A model generated the notes under the pieces. It did not search any database, had not been told where the DNA came from, and saw only the letters and a program-made list of their open reading frames with translations. From NCBI GenBank assembly GCA_964486045.1, contig CAZALK010000002.1, positions 192,001 through 256,000 of the forward strand: DNA of 64,000 nt, read 5' to 3'. A program made the translations under genes and the position numbers. The stretch is from an uncultured archaeon. GTDB lineage: Archaea; Asgardarchaeota; Lokiarchaeia; Sigyniarchaeales; SOKP01. This document shows positions 1-9,546 of the stretch, piece after piece. How positions within the stretch are numbered: position 1 is the first letter of the stretch; the number at the start of each line of letters is the position of its first letter.

Positions 1-579
1 GATATAAAGTGGTATACTTTAGATGGTGGACTAAATAATTACTCTTTTACTGGATTAACTGGATTTATTGACCAATCTGCTTGGGATGCCATGCCTGATG
101 GTATGATTGCATTAAAATTCTACGCTTCAGATAAACCAGGAAACATTGGATCAGCTGAAGTTAATATAATGAAAGACGCTCAATCACCAATTATTGTCAT
201 TAATTCTCCAATTACTGATGAAATTTTTGGCGCTACTGCTCCTATCTTCATAGTAGAAATCTCAGATGAGAATTTAGACTCCATGTGGTATTCTCTTGAT
301 GACGGATTAACTAATTTTACTTTCACTACCAATAGTACCGTCAACCAAGTAGTATGGTCAACTATATCTGAGGGATCTATTACTATTACGTTCTATGCTA
401 ATGATACTGCAGGAAATCTTGAGTCTGAAAGTGTGAATGTAGAAAAGAGTCTTCTACCACCCGGAGATAATTTCATTATAATTATCATCATCCTTATCTC
501 AATAGTTTCCGGAGTTGCTATTGTGACTGTTGTTCTAATTGTAGTCCTTAGAAAACGAAAACCAGGAGAAGCAGTTTAA
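1..579 (+). CDS. C-terminal part of a membrane-anchored surface protein with Ig-like repeats (5' end outside window)
   Basis: Frame is open from base 1 (DIKWYTLDGG...). Two repeats of WY(T/S)LDxG...FYAxDxxGN, then a hydrophobic helix and basic tail (LRKRK). Confidence 0.8.
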   Translation, partial: DIKWYTLDGGLNNYSFTGLTGFIDQSAWDAMPDGMIALKFYASDKPGNIGSAEVNIMKDAQSPIIVINSPITDEIFGATAPIFIVEISDENLDSMWYSLDDGLTNFTFTTNSTVNQVVWSTISEGSITITFYANDTAGNLESESVNVEKSLLPPGDNFIIIIIILISIVSGVAIVTVVLIVVLRKRKPGEAV

Positions 580-583
580 ATAA

Positions 584-597
584 TTTTTTTTTTCTTT
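584..597 (+). terminator. Oligo-T tract, probable archaeal intrinsic terminator
   Basis: Run of 10 T plus CTTT just after the stop at 579. Confidence 0.4.
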
Positions 598-791
598 AAT
601 AGAATTGAAGAATTCAATTAATTTATTAACACTCCGTTTGTCGGTGATTCAAAACCTTCTCTCATAAATATTTAGATCTTAATCTATAGGGGATAAAAAT
701 GGGTAAATTCTAAAAGAAAAATTTAATAATACTTTAATTTTAATTATTTTAGTATTTACTTTATCCAGTAATGCAAAAATAATGAAAATAA

Positions 792-2729
792 TTGAAGAAT
801 ATGGGAAAAACTTTAACTGAAAAAATCTTGGAACAACATTTAGTAGAAGGTAAATTAGATAAAGGATCAGATATAGCAATCAAAATCGATCAAACTCTAA
901 CTCAAGATGCTACTGGAACAATAGCTTATTTACAATTTGAAGCAATGGGTATCTCACGAGTACAAACTGAATTATCTGTAAGCTATGTTGATCATAATAC
1001 ATTACAAACTGATTTTAAGAATCCTGATGATCACCGATATCTTCAGAGTATCGCAGCAAAATATGGCTTATATTTTTCAAGACCCGGAAATGGTATCTGT
1101 CATCAAGTTCATCTTGAACGATTTGCTCGACCAGGTAAAACATTATTAGGGAGTGATAGCCACACACCTACAGGGGGTGGTGTTGGATCAATAGCTATTG
1201 GAGCAGGTGGGCTTGATGTTGCCGCTGCTATGGCTGGCCAACCCTTCTTACTAAAAATGCCAAAAGTTGTGAATGTGTATGTTACAGGAAAACTTCCAGA
1301 ATTTGTGTCTGCTAAAGATGTAATATTAGAAATCTTGCGAAGAATTGGTGTAAAGGGAGCAGTAAATAAGGTCTTAGAGTATACAGGTCCAGGAATAAAA
1401 ACTTTAACGGCTCCTGAGAGAGGTACAATCACGAATATGGGAACTGAAACTGGGGCTACAACTTCAATTTTTCCTTCTGATGAGGTAACAAAAGAATTTT
1501 TAGAAGCTCAAGAAAGGGGAGATCAATGGATCCAATTAGAGCCAGATGAGGATGCTGTATATGATGAAAGAATTGAAATTAAATTAGACGAACTTGAACC
1601 ACTCGTTGCTGAACCTCACAGCCCTGGAAACGTGAAAACTGTAAAAGAGATTGAAGGTTTAAAAGTAGATCAAGTCTGTATTGGAAGTTGTACAAATTCT
1701 TCCCTAAAAGATTTGAAATCTGTTTCTAATATTCTCAAAGGAAGCACAATTGACGAAAATACAGTATTAACTATATCAGCTGGTTCACGCCAAGTAGTTG
1801 AACATATGATCCATTCTGGTGATATGATTAACTTATTAAAGTCAGGAGCAAGGATCCTTGAAAATGCATGTGGACCGTGTATTGGTATGGGACTTGCCCC
1901 TAAAACCAACGCTGTATCGTTGAGGACATTTAATAGAAATTTTCTGGGTAGATCTGGAACTAAAAGTGCTCAAGCTTATCTAGTAAGTCCTGAAACTGCA
2001 GCGGTTTCTGCTATTAACGGAAAGTTAACAGATCCTCGATCTTTTGGTTCTCATCCTGAAATCAAAATGCCAGTTAAATTTTTTGTAAATGATAATATGA
2101 TAATTCCACCACTTCCTATTGAAAAAACTAAGGATATAAAAATCGTGAGAGGTCCCAACATCAAACCTTTACCCGAATTTAATCCATTACTTGATATATT
2201 GTTAGGAGAAGTTCTCTTAAAAGTAGAAGACGATATTACTACAGATCACATAATGCCTGCAGGGGCGAAAATTTTACCTTTAAGAAGCAATATACCCGAG
2301 ATTAGTAAATTTGTATTTAATGTCGTTGATGAAACATTTCCTGAAAGGGCATTAGAAAAAGGAGGAGGCTTCATAATTGGAGGTGAAAACTACGGACAAG
2401 GATCAAGTAGAGAACACGCCGCAATTGCTCCCAAATATTTAGGTCTTAAAGCAGTAATTGTTAAATCCTTTGCACGTATTCATTTAGCAAATCTCGTTAA
2501 TTTTGGTATTGTACCATTAACCTTTGTAAATAAAAATGATTATAACAACATTGAACAAGGAGATAAGCTTGATATCGATCTTACTACTATCAATTCAGGG
2601 AAAATAACTTTAAGAAATCTTACTAAGAACAGTGAGATTTCATTGACACATTCTTTAAGTGATACTGAAATTGAAATATTAAAAGCTGGTGGAAAGCTTA
2701 CTTTCATCAAGCATAAACACACAAATTAA
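792..2729 (+). CDS. Aconitate hydratase, short (~650 aa) Aquifex/archaeal type; homoaconitase activity not excluded
   Basis: TQDATG, DHNTLQ, GICHQVH, GSDSHT, IGSCTN, CGPCIGMG, TFNRNF, TTDHI, NYGQGSSRE. The true start may be ATG 801. Confidence 0.9.
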   Translation: MKNMGKTLTEKILEQHLVEGKLDKGSDIAIKIDQTLTQDATGTIAYLQFEAMGISRVQTELSVSYVDHNTLQTDFKNPDDHRYLQSIAAKYGLYFSRPGNGICHQVHLERFARPGKTLLGSDSHTPTGGGVGSIAIGAGGLDVAAAMAGQPFLLKMPKVVNVYVTGKLPEFVSAKDVILEILRRIGVKGAVNKVLEYTGPGIKTLTAPERGTITNMGTETGATTSIFPSDEVTKEFLEAQERGDQWIQLEPDEDAVYDERIEIKLDELEPLVAEPHSPGNVKTVKEIEGLKVDQVCIGSCTNSSLKDLKSVSNILKGSTIDENTVLTISAGSRQVVEHMIHSGDMINLLKSGARILENACGPCIGMGLAPKTNAVSLRTFNRNFLGRSGTKSAQAYLVSPETAAVSAINGKLTDPRSFGSHPEIKMPVKFFVNDNMIIPPLPIEKTKDIKIVRGPNIKPLPEFNPLLDILLGEVLLKVEDDITTDHIMPAGAKILPLRSNIPEISKFVFNVVDETFPERALEKGGGFIIGGENYGQGSSREHAAIAPKYLGLKAVIVKSFARIHLANLVNFGIVPLTFVNKNDYNNIEQGDKLDIDLTTINSGKITLRNLTKNSEISLTHSLSDTEIEILKAGGKLTFIKHKHTN

Positions 2730-2781
2730 CAATTTTTTTATTCTTTTTATTTTTACTTATTTGACAAAAGTTCTTTATAAT

Positions 2782-2967
2782 TATCAGGATCTAGATTTTG
2801 AATGATAAAAAGACCGATTACTTTCTGTTTCTTATATATCGTTGGAACGTGAGTCAAACTACTAAAATACGATTAATGAATTATTTAGTATTTTTAAAGA
2901 ATATGAACAAGAAGGGAAAATAAGACTTGAATATGATAGTGATGTTTATTACAGTAAGTTGGAATAA
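2782..2967 (+). pseudogene. Remnant C-terminus of a class I SAM-dependent methyltransferase
   Basis: Manual translation YQDLDFE**KDRLLSVSYISLERESNY*NTINELFSIFKEYEQEGKIRLEYDSDVYYSKLE* resembles the GRLLSxSY...GKVRFEYDTxVY tail. In-frame stops, no start. Confidence 0.55.
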
Positions 2968-2980
2968 AATGTAAAGTAAG

Positions 2981-3934
2981 TTATATCCACTCATTTAAAA
3001 AATCCCGAATCGATTCAAATCGTTTTAATGAATCTAAAAATTCACCTTTTTTGAGTAAGTCCAGACCCTGAGAGTTAAATTTTTGAATATCAGCCTTTAA
3101 TTCTTCAAATTTAGCACCTTCCTTAAGTTGGATTAGTATTTGTGAATATTCTTCAACTTCCTTAGTTTTGTTTATCGATTCTGCTTGCGATATTAGACTT
3201 TCACAATTATTTATTGCTTCTTTAAATTTTTTCTGTTCCTTTTGAACTATAATTTTCTTTTTCAAATCTTCTATGTTTTCATTAACTTTATTGTAAGAAG
3301 TTTCCGCCTGATTAACATCACTTTTTATTTCCTCTAATTTATCTTTAAATTCTGTTAATCCTTTATCTTGAACTTGTTGCGTTAAATAGGTCAACCGTAT
3401 ATTTAACTCCCTAAATTGAAATTGTTTCTTTAATTCTTGACTTTCTTTTATTAGGTTTGTAATACCCTCGAGTATTTCTTTTTTTGCGCTTGCATCAAGG
3501 TATTTTCTTTCAATATTATCCCATTTTATTATAAATTTCTTGTGGTCTGATTGAAAAAGGAGTTTTTTCGCTTCTTTAATAACCTGGGCTACCTTATCAA
3601 AGTCTTCTACATTAAAAGCGTCATTATAATCAATTTCTAACTCTTTTAATTCAGATTCGAGTTCAGCACGAACTTTCGCTAATTTTTTTTCCTCACGTTT
3701 CTCGAGAAGTCCTTTAATTCGAGTAATTAATTGTTCTTGTTCTCTAATAAATGAAATAAGATTCTCTGACTTAGCTAGATCTATTATAATATACGCGAGA
3801 TCTAATGCTTCTTTTAGTTGTCCTTTCATAACTGATTGACCTTGAACAGCGGTTTTGTCATCAATTTCTGATATAACCCTTATTTTTCTTTTTTCATCTT
3901 TTTCTTCAATCTGTTTTGTTTTCTCTTCTGTCAA
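2981..3934 (-). CDS. Helical-repeat/coiled-coil protein, paralogous to the C-terminal part of the upstream gelsolin-domain protein
   Basis: E/K-rich TPR-like helices. Shares repeat motifs (ELKELE...KWxxxExKY; FQFxxI/L) with 3958-5580. Confidence 0.75.
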   Translation of the reverse strand: MTEEKTKQIEEKDEKRKIRVISEIDDKTAVQGQSVMKGQLKEALDLAYIIIDLAKSENLISFIREQEQLITRIKGLLEKREEKKLAKVRAELESELKELEIDYNDAFNVEDFDKVAQVIKEAKKLLFQSDHKKFIIKWDNIERKYLDASAKKEILEGITNLIKESQELKKQFQFRELNIRLTYLTQQVQDKGLTEFKDKLEEIKSDVNQAETSYNKVNENIEDLKKKIIVQKEQKKFKEAINNCESLISQAESINKTKEVEEYSQILIQLKEGAKFEELKADIQKFNSQGLDLLKKGEFLDSLKRFESIRDFLNEWI

Positions 3935-3957
3935 ATTGTTCCACTTTTGCTCAATTC

Positions 3958-5580
3958 TTATTTAGTATATCTTTGTATTTGATTAATTATCTGTTCATAA
4001 AAATCTAATGATTCCTTATAAGATCTATTATTTAACGAGTTTAACCCGCTTTTACTTAATTGTTCTATATTATCAATTAGATCCCGAGCAGAAATGTATT
4101 TCTTCTCAAAGGTTTCCCAGTTATTCTTGATTTCCTCATCAACAAGCTCAATTAATAGCATTTTTGATTTTCCTAAAATTTGTTCTAATTTTGCTAGATC
4201 CATGATCTTTAGTGAAGATACTAAATCCTTTTCTAATTGTCCAAGATCAGTTCTTAATTTTTTCTGTTTTTCTTCAAAGACTTGTCTCTCTTCAATTGAT
4301 TTTTCTGTTTGTTCTAATATAGTTGAATATTTTTCTAAGAGTTCGGATTTATTTATCGATTGAGCAATCTGAATTATTTTTTGGCAATCTCTTAACACAT
4401 CATCTATCTGATTAAATTTCTGGTTGTTATTGATTAGTTTTTCTAAATTTTCTATTTCTGCTAACTTTTTATTGTATTCAAGTTCTTCAGAGAATATTTC
4501 TGCTTTTAAATCTTCTAATTTTTTCTGATAATCGGGAATACTTATTTTTTTGACTTGTACTAAGAAATCATTTATTTCCTCTTCAATTGCACTAAATTGA
4601 AAATTTAACTTCATCTTTTCACTTTCTTTTATAAAAACTTTAATGCTTTCTACAAGTTCAGCTTTTTGTTTAGCGCTTTGAAGATCATCTTCATATTTAC
4701 TCCATTTCTTTTTGATTTCATCGTTAACAAGATTTATAAAAAGAGATTTTCCTCTTTCCATTATTTTAATTGAATTTTCAATCTCAAGATTCTTTAATGC
4801 TAAGAATAAATCATTCTCTAATTTAGTAAGTTCTTTAACCAATCGTGCTTGTTCTTTTTTCCAAACTTTTTTTTCATTTGAAATTAATTCTTTGGCTGAT
4901 TTTATTACAGATAAATCGTATATTTTACCATTTTTTTCCTCAAATTCTACTACAATTGTGTGTGCTTTTAAAAATTCCCCATCAGCAATTAATTTAGAAA
5001 ATTGTTTATCAATTTCAACTGCCTCACTGTCAATATCTTCGTTAATTTCTTTATCTGCACTTTTTGCTGTTAATTTTGTTATTAATGTTTTTTGCTCAGT
5101 TATCAATGCTTCATCATTAATTTTTTCAGCCAGTTTAATAATTTCTTCACAATTGTTAATCGCGTTGCTATACTTTTCTGAATTAACTAATTTTTCCAAC
5201 GTCTTCTTTAAATCTTCTATTTTTTTGAGTGTCGGAAGCATCACTTTTTCTTGATAATCAATTAATTTATAAAGCTCTTCCTTGTTAAGCTCCAGATTTT
5301 TAAAGAAGTCAAAAGGCTCTTCTCTCATTTCAAATGTGAAATTCCGTATAATGCGAAAATCAGGAAATTCCTCTTTCACTCTTACTCTGATGTTAGATAT
5401 ATGATTCTTTAATGCTTGAGTAGCATTACTACCTACCCAAACATACATAATTTTTTTGGTAGTAATATAAATAGCTAAAATGTTAACAATAGTGAAGACT
5501 TCTTTTATATGCGCATACGAAACTTCATCAAAAGTCCCATTGAAATTGAGTTTAAATATATTTATAGCATTTTGAGACAT
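3958..5580 (-). CDS. N-terminal gelsolin-like domain fused to long helical/coiled-coil repeats
   Basis: IMYVWVGSNAT...EMREEPFDFF matches the gelsolin-repeat pattern IYVWxGxxA...EPxxF. About 430 aa of helical repeats follow. Confidence 0.7.
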   Translation of the reverse strand: MSQNAINIFKLNFNGTFDEVSYAHIKEVFTIVNILAIYITTKKIMYVWVGSNATQALKNHISNIRVRVKEEFPDFRIIRNFTFEMREEPFDFFKNLELNKEELYKLIDYQEKVMLPTLKKIEDLKKTLEKLVNSEKYSNAINNCEEIIKLAEKINDEALITEQKTLITKLTAKSADKEINEDIDSEAVEIDKQFSKLIADGEFLKAHTIVVEFEEKNGKIYDLSVIKSAKELISNEKKVWKKEQARLVKELTKLENDLFLALKNLEIENSIKIMERGKSLFINLVNDEIKKKWSKYEDDLQSAKQKAELVESIKVFIKESEKMKLNFQFSAIEEEINDFLVQVKKISIPDYQKKLEDLKAEIFSEELEYNKKLAEIENLEKLINNNQKFNQIDDVLRDCQKIIQIAQSINKSELLEKYSTILEQTEKSIEERQVFEEKQKKLRTDLGQLEKDLVSSLKIMDLAKLEQILGKSKMLLIELVDEEIKNNWETFEKKYISARDLIDNIEQLSKSGLNSLNNRSYKESLDFYEQIINQIQRYTK

Positions 5581-5744
5581 TAATATTCCAACAAACTAGT
5601 TTGTAATTAATTAGTCTAAAAATATCCTTTTAAACATTTACAAATAGATAGACTAGAGTAAGTGGACAGAGACTTATCTTTAAGTTTATAATACATAGAA
5701 TTTTAATGATCTTAAAAAAGTAAAAAAAAAATTAGTAGTTATAA

Positions 5745-6266
5745 ATGCCAATAATTTCAATTGAAGTTAAGGGAGAGGTTAAAACTCCAAATATTGACCT
5801 ATCAAGTTGGATTTCTGATTCAGCTTGGGTCATTGGTGATGTGATAATTGGACCAGAGAATGTTATTTATCAAGGAGTAATAATACGTGGAGATTTTGCT
5901 AGTGTTGAAATTGGGGCTAGAAATGTTTTTCAAGACGCTTGTATAATAAACACTGCAGAAGGTTTTAAAACTACAATTGGTAATAATAATTTAATAGGTT
6001 TTGGTGCAATAGTCCACGGTGCCACGGTTAAAAATAATACAGTTATAGGCATCCAGTCGGTGTTAATGATATCTGTAACTGTTGAAGATGACTCAATGGT
6101 TGGGGCAACCTCTTTTGTAGGTATGGGAAAAAAAGTTCCTGTAGAAAAAAGATGGATTGGTCGTGAATTAAGAGGCGAAAATACTCAAGGAAAAATGTGG
6201 GAATCAGGAAGACAATCGTGGAGAAAGATGGGACTTTCCATGAAAGATCAAAAAGAAAATCCTTAA
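5745..6266 (+). CDS. Gamma-carbonic-anhydrase-like hexapeptide-repeat protein (two of three Zn His replaced)
   Basis: VIGDVxIG, IRGD, QD, HG motifs. The expected QDxxxxH and IGH read QDACIIN and IGF. Confidence 0.85.
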   Translation: MPIISIEVKGEVKTPNIDLSSWISDSAWVIGDVIIGPENVIYQGVIIRGDFASVEIGARNVFQDACIINTAEGFKTTIGNNNLIGFGAIVHGATVKNNTVIGIQSVLMISVTVEDDSMVGATSFVGMGKKVPVEKRWIGRELRGENTQGKMWESGRQSWRKMGLSMKDQKENP

Positions 6267-6353
6267 AACTATTTTATTTATTCTATTTATTTTGGACGAT
6301 AAAGAATTGAAATTTGAAATTAAAATTTTATTTGGATAAAAATGTAATAATAT

Positions 6354-7811
6354 TTAACCTAAATATCTCCTCCGATTTGCTGCCATTAAAACTTTTGATG
6401 ATAAGTCTTCAATCTTATTGAGTCTCAATGAATCTATTATATAATCTGTAATATTTTTATGTTCTTCATCCATCTCACAGTCAATTGATAATTCTTTTAG
6501 TTTTGATTCTATTACTTTAGGTATAAAGCGTTGGTCGGGGTTATAAAATTTAAGAGCATCCTTGAGGTCTTCTTCAAAATTTATATATTGGGTAAGAATA
6601 AAATCATAATCTCTTTGAGTTAAAGCATTTAATCCAAGTAATGCTGGTGGTAATCCCATGGAACACAAAGATGCCGTAAAACCAATTGCTCTTGGTAAAC
6701 ATTGGTCTCCCATTGAACGGCAATAACCAAATAGCCCAATATGAAGTTTTCTCTTCCTTCGTTTAGGTATAAACTTAGAAACTTTATTAATTAATGGTGC
6801 TAATTCTAGTACTTGTTTCCCATATTCTTCAGCATACTTTTCAACAATTTCTAAACATCTTTCTTCTTCCATAAAATGAGGATTCCTTCTTGGTGTTTCG
6901 TTTATTTTATCAATTGCTTTGGAGACCATATTCGGAGGATAGTCATACTTAAACGCAGATTGAAGGGTAAATGTTTGGACACTCGGATATTCTTTTAAGA
7001 CCCTTTCTACTGTGTCTGGTCGTAAATTACCTCTAAAAGGGGCTGATCCAACACCAATTATTGGATATAAATCTATACTTAATTCTTCGGATAGTTGATT
7101 AATTCTTTGGTGAGCAATTTTATTTACCACAACAGCAGAAAGTAGTCCATAATTTAACGCCGGATCGGATCTTGCAAAGAAGATTCGTTGGTATTCAAGA
7201 TTTTTATCACTAAGATAAGCTTTCAGTAGTAAATGAGAGAAAAGTATATGATGTTTATCTTCTACAAGAGGAATTACATTTATTTTATGTGGTTTAAATT
7301 GCCCCACCCATTCTGAGATTAAAATATCTCCATCCATTGTTGGATATTTTTGTTTTCCAATCACAAATTTATGATAGTAATTGTATATTCTATCAAGTCC
7401 TTGTTCTGAGGTGGTCATCGGTAATATAACTTCAAAAATAGGAGCAATATCATCATTAAAATATAAATTCGCAGCATCAAATGATCGAGGAATACTTTCT
7501 AGAGTTTCGATTAGCACTTTAGCTTCCGCTTTTTCTTCTTCAGGATTAGGTACTCTTATGGTTAAAAAAATATCTTTACCCAAACGAGTTTCTTTAAAAA
7601 AATCCGGATATTTTGTTAAAAGTTTTTTAACTACAAATCCATCAACCTCCTTACCTTCAGCATCCCACATTTGCTCATCACACCCAAGATGTGAATAAGC
7701 ATAAAAGGCTTCCTGGATTTCATCATCACCACCAAGATCGGAAGATTCCGCAAAAAAAGGTAAATGCACATTATCAGGATGCTGAGTACTCATACATCTA
7801 GGTATTTTCAA
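6354..7811 (-). CDS. ppcA: Archaeal-type phosphoenolpyruvate carboxylase
   Basis: IPRCMSTQHPDN, MWDAEGK, FEVILPMT, ARSDPALNYG, GVGSAPFRG, LPRAIGF. Confidence 0.95.
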   Translation of the reverse strand: MKIPRCMSTQHPDNVHLPFFAESSDLGGDDEIQEAFYAYSHLGCDEQMWDAEGKEVDGFVVKKLLTKYPDFFKETRLGKDIFLTIRVPNPEEEKAEAKVLIETLESIPRSFDAANLYFNDDIAPIFEVILPMTTSEQGLDRIYNYYHKFVIGKQKYPTMDGDILISEWVGQFKPHKINVIPLVEDKHHILFSHLLLKAYLSDKNLEYQRIFFARSDPALNYGLLSAVVVNKIAHQRINQLSEELSIDLYPIIGVGSAPFRGNLRPDTVERVLKEYPSVQTFTLQSAFKYDYPPNMVSKAIDKINETPRRNPHFMEEERCLEIVEKYAEEYGKQVLELAPLINKVSKFIPKRRKRKLHIGLFGYCRSMGDQCLPRAIGFTASLCSMGLPPALLGLNALTQRDYDFILTQYINFEEDLKDALKFYNPDQRFIPKVIESKLKELSIDCEMDEEHKNITDYIIDSLRLNKIEDLSSKVLMAANRRRYLG

Positions 7812-8031
7812 TTAAATTATCTCTCTTTTAGTAATGTTTATGTTCATAAAATCTCAAAGAGTTATATACTAGTAAGGTTTTTAATTCTTCAGTTTATTTT
7901 CTAAAGATTCAAACTTTATTACTTATTCTATTGAGTTCTATTCATTTTTAAAATTAAGCTGATTATTCTGGAAATTCATTGATAATTTGAAAACGTAAAA
8001 TTTTTGTTTGCTAACTCGTTAAAATTATTAA

Positions 8032-9132
8032 ATGAGTGAAGGAAAAGAACGAACATTTTTAGTGGGAATTTTTGGAGAAAATTTCGAACATAGAAAATTG
8101 TTAGGACAGGCTTTGGGAGCCCCAGGAACAAGTTCAGATATACAGTTCTATAATAGGTTAGATTCAAAATTAGGTTACGTCTTTACAGCATTAACTCCAA
8201 TTGACTATCCTGAAAAACTTAAACCATTTTTACAGACGTTAATACTGACTGATATCCATATTTTAATTATTGATGTAGATTTTGGTTTAAATTCCTCGGT
8301 AGGAGAGATATTAGTAGGAATGGATTTATTCCACAAGATGTCCAACACAAAATCATTAATTGTACTTTCTGGGATTACATCCAAAACAGAATGGAAGTTA
8401 AAAGATATTAAAAAAAAGATAGATTCTGTCTTAAATAATACGACACTTCAAGGAATTGAAGTTATTGAAATTAGACAGAAAGAAGAATATAACTCATTAA
8501 AAAAGAAAATTGTAGAGCTTGCTGCTGAAGCCCCTATAAATGGTTTAAAATCAGCACCCTACTCAAAAGTATTAATAGATCATGCGTTTTCAGTAAAAGG
8601 AATTGGTACGGTTATCTTAGGAATTGTTAGAAAAGGAACAATATATTCAAGCCAAATGCTGGATTTAACAGGAAATCATGGAGCAGCAAAAAAAATTATC
8701 ATTAGAAGCATCCAAAGGCATGATAGAACTTTTAAAGAAGCTCACGAAGGTGATAGAGTTGGGTTAGCATTAAAAGGCAACATTTCTACAGATGAGATTA
8801 GTAGGGACAATATAATTACATCTCAAGGTATTTTTAAAGGGGAGGAAGAAATAACAGCTAAAGTTTATATAAACCAATTCTATAAACCTAAAGGTGGAGT
8901 TATTATCCCTGGTGATTTAACAGAATATCATGGCATAGCCGAAATTAAAAGCACGCCCTTAAAGATAATTGAAGGGGAAAAATTAAACCCAGGAGATTCT
9001 GGAATAGTAAAATTGAGGTTTACTAAACCGTTATATCATGATGGAAGTGGGCTAAGTGGAATAATTTTTGATTTAAACCGTTTTCAAAACAAATTAAGAA
9101 TAATTGGACACTATAAACAATTATTAAATTAA
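8032..9132 (+). CDS. Archaeal SelB-like (aSelBL) EF-Tu-family protein with degenerate G domain
   Basis: GTSSDIQFYN, YPEK, IDHAFSVKGIGTVILG, IRSIQxHD, GDRVGLALKG. No GxxxxGK(S/T) P-loop or NKxD. Confidence 0.8.
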   Translation: MSEGKERTFLVGIFGENFEHRKLLGQALGAPGTSSDIQFYNRLDSKLGYVFTALTPIDYPEKLKPFLQTLILTDIHILIIDVDFGLNSSVGEILVGMDLFHKMSNTKSLIVLSGITSKTEWKLKDIKKKIDSVLNNTTLQGIEVIEIRQKEEYNSLKKKIVELAAEAPINGLKSAPYSKVLIDHAFSVKGIGTVILGIVRKGTIYSSQMLDLTGNHGAAKKIIIRSIQRHDRTFKEAHEGDRVGLALKGNISTDEISRDNIITSQGIFKGEEEITAKVYINQFYKPKGGVIIPGDLTEYHGIAEIKSTPLKIIEGEKLNPGDSGIVKLRFTKPLYHDGSGLSGIIFDLNRFQNKLRIIGHYKQLLN

Positions 9133-9546
9133 CTATAATAATCTTTTATATTTTTTTTGGGATAGTGAAGGCTCTATCCTCCAATCTAAAATTTTGGATT
9201 TACATTAACAAGGTGGATAACATTTATTTTACAAGGTGTAGATTCTCATTTACAATCTGTAGGCTTTTAAAACATTTAATAGAAATTAAATAAAATATAA
9301 AAGGTAAAACTCTGATAATTATTAAATAAATAAAAGATAGACTGAAAGATATGGAAAATGAACCAATTATAAAGAATATTGTGAGATTAGACCAAGTTTA
9401 TGCAGTTGGAGGGACTTTTAAGGATCCTTCTGAATTTAATCGCGCTGTAAACAGAAATTTGGTTGTGCTAAACGGAAGCGATAAAAACTGTAAGCAATCA
9501 ATTTTCTTTTTACTTGTTGTAAAACCCAAAAAATAATTATTGCTCA

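Noticed and set aside
8032-9132. Calling this the Sec-specific elongation factor SelB
   Set aside because: No P-loop or NKxD and no domain IV extension; it fits aSelBL.
9351-9536. 61-aa ORF between aSelBL and acnA, and short hairpins/ACAAGGTG repeats at 9157-9260
   Set aside because: No recognisable family or RNA consensus; cannot be supported.
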